Origin: an uncultured Desulfovibrionaceae bacterium
GTDB lineage: Bacteria > Desulfobacterota > Desulfovibrionia > Desulfovibrionales > Desulfovibrionaceae
Direction: 5' to 3'
NCBI GenBank assembly: GCA_946528765.1
Contig: CAMMYV010000001.1
Coordinates: 3,133-67,132, forward strand
Length of the DNA stretch: 64,000 nt
Shown: in pieces, positions 20,518-35,794 of the stretch
Position numbering within the stretch: the first letter of the stretch is position 1
How the letters are laid out: each line of letters starts with the position of its first letter
Translations under genes and position numbers: made by a program
Notes under the pieces: model-generated
Told to the model about the DNA's origin: nothing
Seen by the model: only the letters and a program-made list of their open reading frames with translations
Database searches by the model: none

Positions 20518-21321
20518 GTGGCGCAGGACCAGGCCTTTCCCAACGGACTTGTCCAGCCCGAGGGGGCCATGCGCTTTGCTCTGGACTCCCTTCTGCTCGC
20601 CTGCTTCGCCCAGCGCGAATTCGAGGCCCAGGCTCCGCACGCCCTGAAAAATCCGCTGCGCCAGCAGCTCCTTCCCCCGGCCCTGCAGGCGGAAAGCCCT
20701 GCCTGCCATCTGGCAGGCGAGCTTGGGGCAGGCGCAGGATCCTCGCTCATTGGCCTGCTCCTCCTCAACCCGCGACTCGCCGGCCTCGGCTTCGAGCTTG
20801 TCCCCGAGCTCGCTCAGGCGGCACGGGAAAACGCCGCCAGAACAGGGCTTGCCTCCCGCCTGTCCTTCCAGCAGGCCGACTGCGCGGAGCTGGCTAGGCA
20901 GGATGGCAGGCCCTATCTCGACCTGGTGCTGGCCAATCCTCCCTACTGGGACGAAGGCATGGGCAAGTCCAGCGCCTCGCCCCTCGCCGAAAGGGCCAGG
21001 CGGGGCAGGGGGGCGCTCGAGCTCTTCTGCCAGGCAGCCAGGCGCCTTCTCGTCGCCCGCGGCCACGGCTACTTCATCTACCCGGCCGCGCAGACGGCCA
21101 GGCTCGTGCAGGCCGCGGCCCAGGCTGGCCTTGGCCTGCGCCGCCTCCTCTTCGTCCGCGCACGGCCCGGCCAGCCAGCCATGCGCGTGCTGGCCGAAGC
21201 CCGCAAGGACTGCGCCAGCGACACCCTTGTCCTGCCGGATCTTGTTCTCTACGGAGCATGCGGGCAAAACGGCCAGGCCTATTCCGCAGACGCCAAGCAC
21301 TTCTGTCCCTGGCTTGAATGA
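20518..21321 (+). CDS. tRNA1(Val) A37 N6-methyltransferase-like protein
   Basis: QPEGAMRFALDSLLL, ELGAGAG, ANPPY. Confidence 0.8.
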   Translation: MAQDQAFPNGLVQPEGAMRFALDSLLLACFAQREFEAQAPHALKNPLRQQLLPPALQAESPACHLAGELGAGAGSSLIGLLLLNPRLAGLGFELVPELAQAARENAARTGLASRLSFQQADCAELARQDGRPYLDLVLANPPYWDEGMGKSSASPLAERARRGRGALELFCQAARRLLVARGHGYFIYPAAQTARLVQAAAQAGLGLRRLLFVRARPGQPAMRVLAEARKDCASDTLVLPDLVLYGACGQNGQAYSADAKHFCPWLE

Positions 21322-21345
21322 GGCCAGGATGCCCCGGAGGCACTG

Positions 21346-24621
<3,276 letters not shown>

Positions 24622-24642
24622 CCTTTTGACAGGCGCAGCGGC

Positions 24643-24906
24643 CTAGGCCTTGCCGCCCCAGTCGCCGTCCTCGTCCAGAAGACGGTAGGAGCGCACGGTC
24701 ATGTAGTTGATGCCGTCCAGCTCTTCAACGGTGCCGGAAGCCTCGACCTGAGCGCTCACTTCGTCGGCGAGGTCGGCGCCGGCACCCTTGGTCAGCACCC
24801 TGTACTCGACTTCGTCCTGCACGATGGCAACCCGCGCCTGGCGCTCGTCCTTCTTGCGGGGAAGCGCCTCGACATAGCCTCTGACGGTGATGGATGACGT
24901 GCTCAT
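24643..24906 (-). CDS. Small hypothetical protein (possibly OB-fold)
   Basis: MSTSSITVRGYV..VEASGTVEE..MTVRSY; typical codon usage. Confidence 0.65.
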   Translation of the reverse strand: MSTSSITVRGYVEALPRKKDERQARVAIVQDEVEYRVLTKGAGADLADEVSAQVEASGTVEELDGINYMTVRSYRLLDEDGDWGGKA

Positions 24907-24965
24907 CGGTGTTCCTGGAAGCATTCCTGGAAATGTTGGAAGGAAAGGGGGACGGGCCAACCCGC

Positions 24966-24998
24966 CCCAGACATGGCCCAGACACGGCCCAGACAGGG
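24966..24998. repeat. 3 x 11-bp tandem direct repeat
   Basis: CCCAGACATGG CCCAGACACGG CCCAGACAGGG. Confidence 0.85.
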
Positions 24999-25156
24999 GA
25001 CCGCAATGCTGTGTAGCGGTTTTCACATATATGTGCAACAGGCTTGACGCGCACCGAAAGCCCCGCGACGGAAAAGGCTGTGTCCAAGGGCTCAAGATTC
25101 TGGCTCAGCGGCCGATATGTCCAAATAGCAACACCCTCTTTTCCGAGGTTCGTCCC

Positions 25157-25627
25157 ATGTCGAGAGGAAACATCTGCAGAGCGCTGGCCATAGCCTTTTT
25201 CGCGATGGTGCTGAGTGGCTGCGCCACATACCATTCCAGTTCCAACGAGCCCACGGCTCAGGCCAACGGTGCACTGCGCAGCGCCATGAACCAGATGGGC
25301 AAGTGCTACAGAACGGGCGGCTGCAGCCCCAGCAAGGGCTTCGACTGCTCCGGGCTCATCTACTGGGCCTACCGCGCCAACGGCGTCAAAGTGCCCCGCG
25401 TCACCACAGACCAGGCACGGGCGGGACGCGAAGTCTCGACCCCCCTTGCCGGCGACATCATGGTCTTCCGCACAGGCGGCTCAGGCACAGGCCTGCACAC
25501 GGGCATCTACGCCGGCGGAAGCAAGTTCGTGCACAGCCCCAAGCCGGGCGCCAGAATACGGCTTGACAGCGTCAAGAACCAGTATTGGAAAAAACGGCTC
25601 GTGTGCGTGCGCCGGGTGTCCGGCTAG
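25157..25627 (+). CDS. NlpC/P60 lipoprotein (cell-wall peptidase)
   Basis: Lipobox LSGC; GFDCSGL, HTGIY, FVH. Confidence 0.92.
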   Translation: MSRGNICRALAIAFFAMVLSGCATYHSSSNEPTAQANGALRSAMNQMGKCYRTGGCSPSKGFDCSGLIYWAYRANGVKVPRVTTDQARAGREVSTPLAGDIMVFRTGGSGTGLHTGIYAGGSKFVHSPKPGARIRLDSVKNQYWKKRLVCVRRVSG

Positions 25628-25650
25628 TCAGCCTGCCGCGCTTCAATAGC

Positions 25651-25685
25651 AGAAAGGGCCCTCCGCATGGCGGAGGGCCCTTTCT
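25651..25685. terminator. Bidirectional terminator
   Basis: AGAAAGGGCCCTCCGC-atg-GCGGAGGGCCCTTTCT perfect inverted repeat. Confidence 0.88.
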
Positions 25686-25711
25686 CTTTGCCAAAAAAAG
25701 GCCTTGCAGGA

Positions 25712-26503
25712 CTACTTGACCCTGTTCAGCTCGATTTCGATGGCCCTGCGGAAGAGGTCCTTGGAAACGGCGCCGCGAATGACGAGGTTGTTGACCAGGA
25801 AGTAGGGGGTGCCCTCAATCTTCATGTCCTCGGCTTCCTTGAGGTCTTCGGCGAGGATGGAGGCAACCTTCTTGCGCCGGCGCTCAGAATCCAGCTTGCG
25901 CATGTCAACGCCGATGCTCTGGCACACGGAGCGCATGTACTTTTCGCCGTTGGCCACCAGCTCGTCGCGGTGCGCAAAGAGTTCGCGGTAGAACTTCCAG
26001 GCGAAGTCCTCGCTCTGCATGGAAATGGCGACGAAGTACTGGGAGGCCAGGCCACTCAGGCCCTTGGGCTCCAGCGGCATGTTCTTGAACACGAAGGAGA
26101 CCTTGCCTTCGTACTCCTGCAGGAGCTCCTCGACCACCTTCTCCGCACGCTGGCAGTAGCCGCAGGTAAAGTCGGAGAAGGCGACGATGCGGACCTTGGC
26201 ATCGGGCGCGCCCACAAAGGGACGGCCTTCCGTCTTCACGGTCTTCACGGTCTTGGCATCTTCGGCCCACTGCTTTTCCAGGTTCGCCTGGCGGCGGAGG
26301 TTGGAGCCAGCCTGGGCAACGTCGAGCACGGCTTCGCTGTGCTCGCGCAGGAAGTCGAGCAGCACTTCGGGACGCTCGCGGAGCAGCTGCTCCAGAGCAG
26401 GCTTCAGTTCGTCAGCAGTCAAGGCCAAGGCCGGCGCAGGGGCGCAGGCGGGAAACAGGAGCACTCCTGCGAGGGCGCAGGACAAAAGCGTCTTTTTACA
26501 CAT
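25712..26503 (-). CDS. DsbA/Com1-family thiol-disulfide oxidoreductase
   Basis: Signal peptide, FSDFTCGYC, IEGTP. Confidence 0.9.
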   Translation of the reverse strand: MCKKTLLSCALAGVLLFPACAPAPALALTADELKPALEQLLRERPEVLLDFLREHSEAVLDVAQAGSNLRRQANLEKQWAEDAKTVKTVKTEGRPFVGAPDAKVRIVAFSDFTCGYCQRAEKVVEELLQEYEGKVSFVFKNMPLEPKGLSGLASQYFVAISMQSEDFAWKFYRELFAHRDELVANGEKYMRSVCQSIGVDMRKLDSERRRKKVASILAEDLKEAEDMKIEGTPYFLVNNLVIRGAVSKDLFRRAIEIELNRVK

Positions 26504-26549
26504 GGGAATCGATATCCTCAAAAAAAGTAGGGAAAAAGGGGTGCGCCCC

Positions 26550-26948
26550 TTATGACCGGGCTTCAAGGCGCATCTGCGTGTCAGCATCTTCTATTTTAAA
26601 CAAAAGGTCATCGAAATCAACAGGCTTCATCAGGTAGCCAAAGGCCCCCTCGTCCATGGCCTGCACGGCGATCTGCATGTCGGCGTGGCCGGAGAGAAGA
26701 ATGATCTGCGTGCCGGGCCAGCGCTTCAAGATGTGCTGAAGTGCAGTCAGCCCGTCCATGACCGGCATCTTGACGTCCATGATAACGATGGGACAGGCCT
26801 GCTTCGCCATTTCGTCCAGAGCCTCCTGCCCGTTTCCGGCAGTTTTGCAGGCATAGCCACGTCTCACAAGGCGTTTGGACAAAATGGACGTCACTTCGGA
26901 CTCGTCGTCCACCAGAAGCAAGGCTGGCTTGACGGAATCGCTCACCAT
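26550..26948 (-). CDS. Single-domain response regulator
   Basis: LVDDE, MDVKMP..DG, LSGH, KP. Confidence 0.92.
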   Translation of the reverse strand: MVSDSVKPALLLVDDESEVTSILSKRLVRRGYACKTAGNGQEALDEMAKQACPIVIMDVKMPVMDGLTALQHILKRWPGTQIILLSGHADMQIAVQAMDEGAFGYLMKPVDFDDLLFKIEDADTQMRLEARS

Positions 26949-26988
26949 AAAAACACCCCTCCTCTCATTCCTCTTGCGTCCTAGGCAA

Positions 26989-27004
26989 TGTTTCACGTGA
27001 AACA
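26989..27004. promoter_or_regulatory. parS: parS site 1
   Basis: TGTTTCACGTGAAACA, perfect consensus palindrome. Confidence 0.95.
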
Positions 27005-27116
27005 ATTTCCATCGCGAGGCTGAAAAGTTTTGACTGCGACGACATTATCCATTAAACGTTTTACACACAAAGCGTAGATAATTTATCAACTTGTTTTAAA
27101 GCACCGTCCAGCCCAC

Positions 27117-27132
27117 TGTTTCACGTGAAACA
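27117..27132. promoter_or_regulatory. parS: parS site 2
   Basis: TGTTTCACGTGAAACA, just upstream of parA. Confidence 0.95.
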
Positions 27133-27159
27133 ATCGGCTTATTGAGGAGTTTCCGGCAC

Positions 27160-27936
27160 ATGGCACGTATCATATGCGTAGCTAACCAGAAAGGTGGCGT
27201 GGGCAAAACCACGACTGCCATCAACCTCTCGGCCGCTCTGGCCGTCATGGAGCGCAAGACGCTCCTTGTCGACTGCGATCCTCAGGCAAACACGACAAGC
27301 GGACTTGGCGTTGATGCTGCAGACCTCAAAGCTGATCTCTACAGCATCTTCTACACGCCCGAAAGGGAGGCTGTCCACAGGGCCATACTTGAAACCCGCG
27401 CGCAATTCCTCCACCTCATTCCGTCTTCCATCAGCCTCGTTGGCGTCGAAGTGGAGCTGGCTGCGGAAATAGCTAGGGAGCAATACCTCAAGAACATTCT
27501 GGCCCAGATCAAGGACGAATACGAATTCATCCTGCTGGACTGCCCCCCGTCGCTGGGCCTCATCACCCTCAACGCCCTCTGCGCCGGCACGGAGATCCTC
27601 ATCCCCCTGCAGTGCGAGTTTTTTGCCCTGGAAGGCATAGCCAAGCTGATTGGCACCTACCAGAAGGTCAAGAAGCTGCTCAATCCGGAACTCAGCATTC
27701 TGGGCGTCCTCCTGACCATGTTCGACGGTCGCAACCGCATCGCCAACGACGTCAAGGAGGAAGTGCGGCGCAGCATGCCGGACCACCTCCTGAAGACGAT
27801 CATTCCAAGGAACGTCAGGCTCTCGGAGGCGCCAAGCTACGGCAAGTCCATCATCCGCTACGACATAAAGTCAAAGGGAGCGCAGGCCTACCTGAACCTG
27901 GCGCAGGAGGTGGTTGAACGGACGCCCCGGGACTAG
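27160..27936 (+). CDS. parA: Chromosome partitioning ATPase ParA/Soj
   Basis: NQKGGVGKTTT, DCDPQAN, DCPPSLG, IPRNVRLSEAPS. Confidence 0.96.
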   Translation: MARIICVANQKGGVGKTTTAINLSAALAVMERKTLLVDCDPQANTTSGLGVDAADLKADLYSIFYTPEREAVHRAILETRAQFLHLIPSSISLVGVEVELAAEIAREQYLKNILAQIKDEYEFILLDCPPSLGLITLNALCAGTEILIPLQCEFFALEGIAKLIGTYQKVKKLLNPELSILGVLLTMFDGRNRIANDVKEEVRRSMPDHLLKTIIPRNVRLSEAPSYGKSIIRYDIKSKGAQAYLNLAQEVVERTPRD

Positions 27937-28481
27937 GGCTTGCGCAGTTCGGGCGCTGGCGTGACCTCGGCAACCATCTTGTCCTTGAAGTGCTTTTGCC
28001 GGATTGTGGCACCGCACTCCTTGCAGTGGAAGACGAGCAGGCCTCCGATATTGGCATTGGCCAGAGTGAAGGGATGGAAGGGATCCGTGCGCCAATCCTC
28101 GGTCTCGCTGCCGCACACGGGGCAGACAACGGCCGGGTCGTACTCGTAGCTGAAGTCCCAGAAGTCGAGAAACTTTTTGAAGTCGTCCAGCGGCTCCTTG
28201 GCAACCACGCCCTCCTTGGAGCGCAGCTGTGCCTCGGCGATCTTCAGGTCCGTGCGAATGGCGTTCCAGAGTTCGCGACTGAGCATGTAGGCAAAGGCCT
28301 TGCCGTCGGCGCCGTTGACGGCGCTCAGATGGCTGGGCATGGTCTTACACTCGCCAAGCTCGAAGAGCCCGGCCTGAAGAATGTCGGCGCAGTACTGGCC
28401 GAGGGCCGCTGAAATCAGGAAGCACTCATAGCTGGTGTTGGCTTCGCGCATGTGCAGCACATGCTGTCCTGGCTTGAACAT
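27933..28481 (-). CDS. Hypothetical Zn-ribbon protein
   Basis: AGGGAG RBS; CPVC..CKEC; stop shares CTAG with the parA stop. Confidence 0.75.
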   Translation of the reverse strand: MFKPGQHVLHMREANTSYECFLISAALGQYCADILQAGLFELGECKTMPSHLSAVNGADGKAFAYMLSRELWNAIRTDLKIAEAQLRSKEGVVAKEPLDDFKKFLDFWDFSYEYDPAVVCPVCGSETEDWRTDPFHPFTLANANIGGLLVFHCKECGATIRQKHFKDKMVAEVTPAPELRKP

Positions 28482-28557
28482 GACGTATCTCCCTTAGGTG
28501 AAATGTTGATCAACCAACTGAAAACGCAAATCACAAATTAGTCAAGGAGGAGCAGAG

Positions 28558-29565
28558 GTGGCTAACAAAGGACTCGGACGCGGACTTGACGCGCTCTTCC
28601 CGGGAGTTGCTGCCAGTCAGCCCGCAAAGGCGGCAGACCAGACTGGAGACTCGAGGACGCTCATGCTGGACGTCGACTGCATGGAGCCCAATCCCAGACA
28701 GCCGAGAAAGCGCATGGAGCGCGAGGCGCTGGAGGAACTGGCAAGCTCCATACGCACTGAGGGCATCATCCAGCCCCTGCTGGTGCGCAGCGCAGCGACC
28801 CCCGGCCGCTACGAAATCATCGCCGGCGAACGGCGCTGGCGGGCAGCAAAGATGGCGGGCCTCAGGGAAGTGCCGGCCTACGTGCGCGAAATGAGCGATC
28901 AGGACGTCATGGTGGCCGCCCTTGTCGAGAACCTGCAGCGCGAGGATCTGAATCCTGCCGAGGAGGCGAGAGCCCTGCAGGAGCTGAAGGAGCGCCTTTC
29001 CCTCACCCAGGAGGAGCTCGCCCAGCGCCTTGGCAAAAGCCGCTCCATGGTGGCCAATGCCCTGCGCCTGCTTCAGCTGCCGGAGTCGGCCCTGGAAAGC
29101 CTGGAGAAGGGCGCCATCTCGGCAGGCCACGCCCGCTGCCTGCTCTCCCTTGCTCCCGACGAAGCGGGCATGGCGGCCTTCCTGGCCCGCATTCTGGCAA
29201 ACAAGCTTTCCGTGCGCGACTGCGAGGACGCCGTGGCCCACTGGAAGAAGCACGGCAGCCTTCCCTGGAGCGAAGAAGGCGCCGATCCCCGCGCAACGCC
29301 AGCCAGACGCAGGAAGAGCCCCGAGTTCAAGCAGCTCGAAAAAAGCCTGGCAGCGCTGCTCAAGGTCAAGGCGAGCCTCTCCGGGACGCCGGACAAGGGC
29401 CGCATCAGCCTCGCCTTCGCCAGCGGTGACGAGCTGCTGCGCCTGCTGGGCCTGCTGGGGCTGAAGGACGCCGGCGACGCGAACGAGACGAACGATGCGA
29501 ACGAGGTGAAGAACGCGCCGGACGAACCGGACTCTGCTGGGGGAGAGAGCGGAGAGACGGCGTAG
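28558..29565 (+). CDS. parB: Chromosome partitioning protein ParB
   Basis: GLGRGLDAL, NPRQPR, GERRWRA, ENLQREDL, HTH. Confidence 0.96.
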   Translation: MANKGLGRGLDALFPGVAASQPAKAADQTGDSRTLMLDVDCMEPNPRQPRKRMEREALEELASSIRTEGIIQPLLVRSAATPGRYEIIAGERRWRAAKMAGLREVPAYVREMSDQDVMVAALVENLQREDLNPAEEARALQELKERLSLTQEELAQRLGKSRSMVANALRLLQLPESALESLEKGAISAGHARCLLSLAPDEAGMAAFLARILANKLSVRDCEDAVAHWKKHGSLPWSEEGADPRATPARRRKSPEFKQLEKSLAALLKVKASLSGTPDKGRISLAFASGDELLRLLGLLGLKDAGDANETNDANEVKNAPDEPDSAGGESGETA

Positions 29566-29679
29566 CCCCCTTCCACCTGCAGCCACCCTGCTGCTGCCTC
29601 GTCTCGCGCGACTTGCGAGAGCAGGGTGCCAGCGCGCCTTGCTCACAAGAGGGTGCTACCGCATCTGCTCCAAGAAGTG

Positions 29680-31017
29680 CTACCGCACTTTGAGCACAGC
29701 GCCGTACATGCCCTCTAGAGGCGAGTCTGCGGGCGTCTGCCATTCGCAGACGATGTCTGCTCTGGCGGCAAAGGCCTCCCTGCGGACAAGGCCGGCATTC
29801 TCCTGCTCGTCCACGGTGCAGGTGAGGTAGCAGACGCTGGCGCCAGGCTTGGCCTTGGCCAGGGCCTGTTCCAGAATCTTCGCCTGCGTGGCCGCGAATT
29901 CGGCGAAGTTCAGCTCCCTTCGCCTAATGTCCGGCCTGCGCGCCAGAACGCCAAGGCCGGAGCAGGGCACGTCCAGCAGGACATCGCCGGGGAGCTGCCG
30001 GCAGGGCAGCCTCGAGGCGTCGGCAAGAAGGACGGCAGGGGCTTGAAGCCCGAGACGCCGGCACTCGCCTTCAAGGTGCCTCAGCCGTCCCATGGCCATG
30101 TCGGAGGCAGCCTGCACCTTTCTTCCCTGCTCGAGCAGGGCCAGCGTCTTGCCGCCGAAGCCGGCGCAGGCGTCCCAGAGCGGCGCCTCGCGCTCGAAGA
30201 GGCCAAGCGCATGCAGGGCCCAGAGGGAGCCGGCGGCCTGCAGGGAGAGCGCGCCGGCAGCGGCAAGTTCCGCCATGCGCTCCCTGCCTATCCTGCCCGT
30301 GCCGCCTTCGCGGAAGAAGACGCAGGGAAGATCGCAGGCCTCGCCAGGCAGGCACTCTGCGCCTGCATCCAGCAGCTCCTGCCTGATCTGCTCCCAGCCG
30401 GCTTTCGCCCTGTTGATGCGGACGCCCGCGCAGGGACGGCGGAAGGAGCGCTCCATGAGCCTGACCGCCGTTTCCGGCCCCAGCTCCCTGCGCCACAGCC
30501 GGACGATGCGGCGGGGCAGGCTGTAGAACCTGGCATCCACGTCGATCTCGGCATCGCCAGGCTTCAGGCGGTAAAAGTCCCGCTCCAGCGGGGCCGAGCC
30601 CAAGCGCTGGAGGCTTCTCAGCGCGCCGTTGGCCACGCCGACCAGTCCCTTGCCAAAAAGGGCGCGCACATCCTCCACAGTCTCATGGACAATGGCGTGG
30701 GCCGGCGCATGCTCCTCGAAGAGCAGGGAGCCAGCGGCAAGGCCGAGACAGGCCTTGAAGAGGGGAGGGAGCTTCTCCGGACTGGGAAGCAGGCGGTCCA
30801 CGACGAAGGCGCAGCGGCTTTGCGTGCGCAGGGCCGTATAGGCCAGATCCGTGGCCTGCCTGCGGCCGCGCTCGTCAAGTCCCGCCCTGTCGAGCACCTC
30901 AGAGAGCGCCTGCTGGACAGGAAAGCCCTCGTCGATGCGCAGAAGGGTCTCAAGGGCTGCCTTGCGGGCCGAGGGCTTGAGGCGCTGGAGGAGACGGCTG
31001 GCTTGCGGGGCTTTCAT
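29680..31017 (-). CDS. rsmB: RsmB/Sun-like RNA m5C methyltransferase with NusB-like N-domain
   Basis: DACAGFGGK, DVPCSG..RRPD, YLTCT; follows fmt. Confidence 0.85.
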   Translation of the reverse strand: MKAPQASRLLQRLKPSARKAALETLLRIDEGFPVQQALSEVLDRAGLDERGRRQATDLAYTALRTQSRCAFVVDRLLPSPEKLPPLFKACLGLAAGSLLFEEHAPAHAIVHETVEDVRALFGKGLVGVANGALRSLQRLGSAPLERDFYRLKPGDAEIDVDARFYSLPRRIVRLWRRELGPETAVRLMERSFRRPCAGVRINRAKAGWEQIRQELLDAGAECLPGEACDLPCVFFREGGTGRIGRERMAELAAAGALSLQAAGSLWALHALGLFEREAPLWDACAGFGGKTLALLEQGRKVQAASDMAMGRLRHLEGECRRLGLQAPAVLLADASRLPCRQLPGDVLLDVPCSGLGVLARRPDIRRRELNFAEFAATQAKILEQALAKAKPGASVCYLTCTVDEQENAGLVRREAFAARADIVCEWQTPADSPLEGMYGAVLKVR

Positions 31018-31034
31018 GGCGAAGCCTGCCCTGC

Positions 31035-32048
31035 CTACTGGCAGGCCTGTGAGCCGGCAGCAAGGCCGATGCGCCGTCCCTGGCCTAGGTCAAGACGCAA
31101 GCCGTTGATGAAGGCGCCCTGGTCCATGGACTTCTTGCCGCTGGGGCGGATTCGCAGCACGCTGAGCGCCCCTTCGGCGCAGCCAATCACAAGTTTCCTG
31201 CGCGAGGCCCAGATCTCGCCTGGGGCAAGCGCTTCAGGCGCATCGGCAGGCTCGGCCTGCTCGAGGATGCAGGGAAGCTCCCTGCCGTCTTCCAGACGGA
31301 AGAGGGCGTGGGCGCCGGGATCGGGCGTGAGGCCGCGCAGCATGGCATCCACCTGGGACGCCTTTCTGTCAAAGGCAATCCAGCCCTCCTGCTTGGCGAC
31401 CTTGGCTGCATAGGTGGCCAAGGCCTCGTCCTGGGGATGCTCCACGGCCCGCCCTTCGGCAATGGCGCGAAGCGTCTCGAGCAGCAGGGGGCCGGAGGCC
31501 TGGGCCAGCTTGACGAAGAGCGATCCCTGGCTTTCGCCTTGGCAGGACACGGCCTGCTGAGCGTAGACGGGGCCGGTGTCGAGGCCAGCCTCCATGCGCA
31601 TGATGCTCACCCCCGTCTCCTCGAGGCCGTCCATGAGGGCGCGCTGGACAGGGGCAGCCCCCCGGTAGCGGGGAAGCAGCGATGTGTGCACGTTGACGGG
31701 TGCCCATTTCGGAACGTCGAGCACGGCCTGGGGCAGGATCATGCCGTAGGCGGCAACGACCAGAAAGTCGGGAGCAAAGGACTGCAGCAGGGGGACAGCT
31801 TCAGCCTGGGCCTCGGGCGAACGCAGGGAGGCCGGCTGGAAGACGGGCAGCCCCTGCTTGAGCGCCAGCTGCTTGACCGGCGAGGGCGTCAGCTTTCTGC
31901 CTCGTCCCGCAGCCTTGTCGGGCTGGGTCCAGCAGGCCGCCACCTTGACGTCAGGCGCATCCAGCAGACTCTGCAGGATGTCCGCGGCAAAGGCCGGCGT
32001 GCCCATGAAGACGACGCTTAGGCTTTTTTCTGCATGCGCTTCTTCCAT
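31035..32048 (-). CDS. fmt: Methionyl-tRNA formyltransferase
   Basis: VFMGTP, TQPD, VAAYG, NVHTSLLPRYRGAAP. Confidence 0.95.
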   Translation of the reverse strand: MEEAHAEKSLSVVFMGTPAFAADILQSLLDAPDVKVAACWTQPDKAAGRGRKLTPSPVKQLALKQGLPVFQPASLRSPEAQAEAVPLLQSFAPDFLVVAAYGMILPQAVLDVPKWAPVNVHTSLLPRYRGAAPVQRALMDGLEETGVSIMRMEAGLDTGPVYAQQAVSCQGESQGSLFVKLAQASGPLLLETLRAIAEGRAVEHPQDEALATYAAKVAKQEGWIAFDRKASQVDAMLRGLTPDPGAHALFRLEDGRELPCILEQAEPADAPEALAPGEIWASRRKLVIGCAEGALSVLRIRPSGKKSMDQGAFINGLRLDLGQGRRIGLAAGSQACQ

Positions 32049-32539
32049 TTGGTCACCTTTCCGTCGTAGAGGGCGCGGCGCAGGCGGCCTATCTTGTCGA
32101 TGAAGAGCACGCCCTTGAGATGGTCCGTCTCGTGCTGGACGATGATGGCCTCGAAGCCGTCGATGTCGCGCTCCACCACATTGCCCTCGAGGTCGAGGCA
32201 CTTGAGGTGCACGGAACTGGAGCGCTCCACGTCGGCGCGGTAGTCGAGCGGCACGGAGAGGCAGCCTTCCTGCCTGCTGGTGATCGTTTCGCCTGTCAGC
32301 GTCACCTCGGGGTTGACGAGCACCTGGGGGTTCCTTGGCTGGTCTTTTTCCGCAGGATCGTAGACGACCATGCTGATGAGCCGGCCCACCTGCGGGGCAG
32401 CCAGGCCAACGCCAGGCGCGGCGTACATGGTTTCCAGCATGTCTTCAGCCAACTGCTTGATTTCAGGCGTAATTTCCGCAACCGGCTCGCAGGTTCTGCC
32501 AAGGCGCGGATCGGGATAGAGCACTATGTCGAGCTTCAT
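32018..32539 (-). CDS. def: Peptide deformylase
   Basis: GVGLAAPQ, EGCLS, QHETDH. Confidence 0.96.
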   Translation of the reverse strand: MKLDIVLYPDPRLGRTCEPVAEITPEIKQLAEDMLETMYAAPGVGLAAPQVGRLISMVVYDPAEKDQPRNPQVLVNPEVTLTGETITSRQEGCLSVPLDYRADVERSSSVHLKCLDLEGNVVERDIDGFEAIIVQHETDHLKGVLFIDKIGRLRRALYDGKVTKWKKRMQKKA

Positions 32540-32648
32540 GGGCAATCCTCGGCAAAGGCCGGAAAAAGGGGACACGAGCCCCTCTTCCGGCCTTGCCACA
32601 GCGGTACGGCGCCCGAATCCCCGCTGCGGAGGATTCTGCGCCATGGTA

Positions 32649-34517
<1,869 letters not shown>

Positions 34518-34519
34518 GG

Positions 34520-35764
34520 TTAATCCTTGTTAGCGATGTAGGTGGCGAGAGCGTCGGCAGGAACTTCCTCCTGCGTCCCCTGGTCCATGTTCTTGACGGC
34601 GCACGCGCCGCGGGAGAGCTCGTCGGTGCCGACGATGACGGCAAAGCGGGCGCCCGACTTGCCGGCCTGGCGCATGGCGCTCTTCATGCCGGAGGAGCCG
34701 TAGCCCGTTTCGCCGGAGAGCCCAGCGTGGCGGAGGCTCTGCGCAAGCTTGAAGGCAAAGGCCGTGCAGGAGGGATCCAGGGACACGACGAAGAAGTCGG
34801 GACGCTGGAGCTGGCGCTCTCCCAGGAGCAGGGCCAGGCGCTCCATGCCGCAGGCAAAGCCTATGCCGGGAATGTCTGGGCCGCCGAGCTGCTTGACGAG
34901 TCCGTCGTAGCGGCCGCCGCCGGCCACGGCCGTCTGGGCGCCGATGGCGTCGCTCTGCAGCTCGAAGGTGGTGCGGCAGTAGTAGTCGAGGCCGCGCACA
35001 AGGCGATCGTCCTGCACGTAGGCTATGCCGGCGTCCTTGAGCAGGCCCGTAACGGTCTCGTAGTGCTCAAGGCAGTCGGGGCAGTTGTAGTCGAGAAGGC
35101 GGGGCGCATCGAGCATGCAGGGAAGCTCCCTGTCCTTCTTGCAGTCCAGCACGCGCAGGGGATTGGCATGCAGGCGCCGGCGGCAGTCCTCGCAGAGCTC
35201 GGCTTCATGCTTCTCGAAGTGGCTGATGAGCGCCTGGCGGTAGGTCTGGCGACACGAGGCGCAACCGAGGCTGTTCATGCGCAGGGTGAGGCCGCCTATG
35301 CCAAGGGAGGAGACGAAGTGCACGAGCAGGGAGACCACGTCGGCGTCGGCCACGGGGCTGGAGGAGCCCAGAAGCTCGCAGTCGATCTGGTGGAACTGGC
35401 GCATGCGGCCCTTCTGGGGACGCTCGTGGCGGAACATGGGGCCAAAAGTGTAGAGCCGGCTGACCTGCTCCCGGGCGTGGAGGCTGGCCGCGATGTAGGC
35501 CCGCATCATGCCGGCCGTGGCTTCAGGACGCAGGGAGGTCGGCTTCCCCTTGGAATCGGGGAAGGTGTACATCTCCTTCTGCACCACGTCGGTCTCCGTG
35601 CCTATGGAGCGGGCGAAAAGGTCGGTGTACTCGAGGACGGGAAGGCGCACTTCCTTGAAGCCGTAGGCCGGAAAGATCTTCCGGCACTGGGACTCCATGA
35701 AGGTGAAGGCCGTGCTTTCCGGCTCGAACATGTCGGCGAAGCCGTTGATGCGCGCAATGCTCAT
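34520..35764 (-). CDS. hisS: Histidine--tRNA ligase
   Basis: [32 protein letters not shown]. Confidence 0.96.
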   Translation of the reverse strand: MSIARINGFADMFEPESTAFTFMESQCRKIFPAYGFKEVRLPVLEYTDLFARSIGTETDVVQKEMYTFPDSKGKPTSLRPEATAGMMRAYIAASLHAREQVSRLYTFGPMFRHERPQKGRMRQFHQIDCELLGSSSPVADADVVSLLVHFVSSLGIGGLTLRMNSLGCASCRQTYRQALISHFEKHEAELCEDCRRRLHANPLRVLDCKKDRELPCMLDAPRLLDYNCPDCLEHYETVTGLLKDAGIAYVQDDRLVRGLDYYCRTTFELQSDAIGAQTAVAGGGRYDGLVKQLGGPDIPGIGFACGMERLALLLGERQLQRPDFFVVSLDPSCTAFAFKLAQSLRHAGLSGETGYGSSGMKSAMRQAGKSGARFAVIVGTDELSRGACAVKNMDQGTQEEVPADALATYIANKD

Positions 35765-35794
35765 GGGAACCTCGGAACGAAGGGTTGACGAATG

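Noticed and set aside
26949-27005. N-terminal extension MFHVKH on the response regulator ORF
   Set aside because: It is the translated parS palindrome; the real start is ATG 26948 after GAGGAGG
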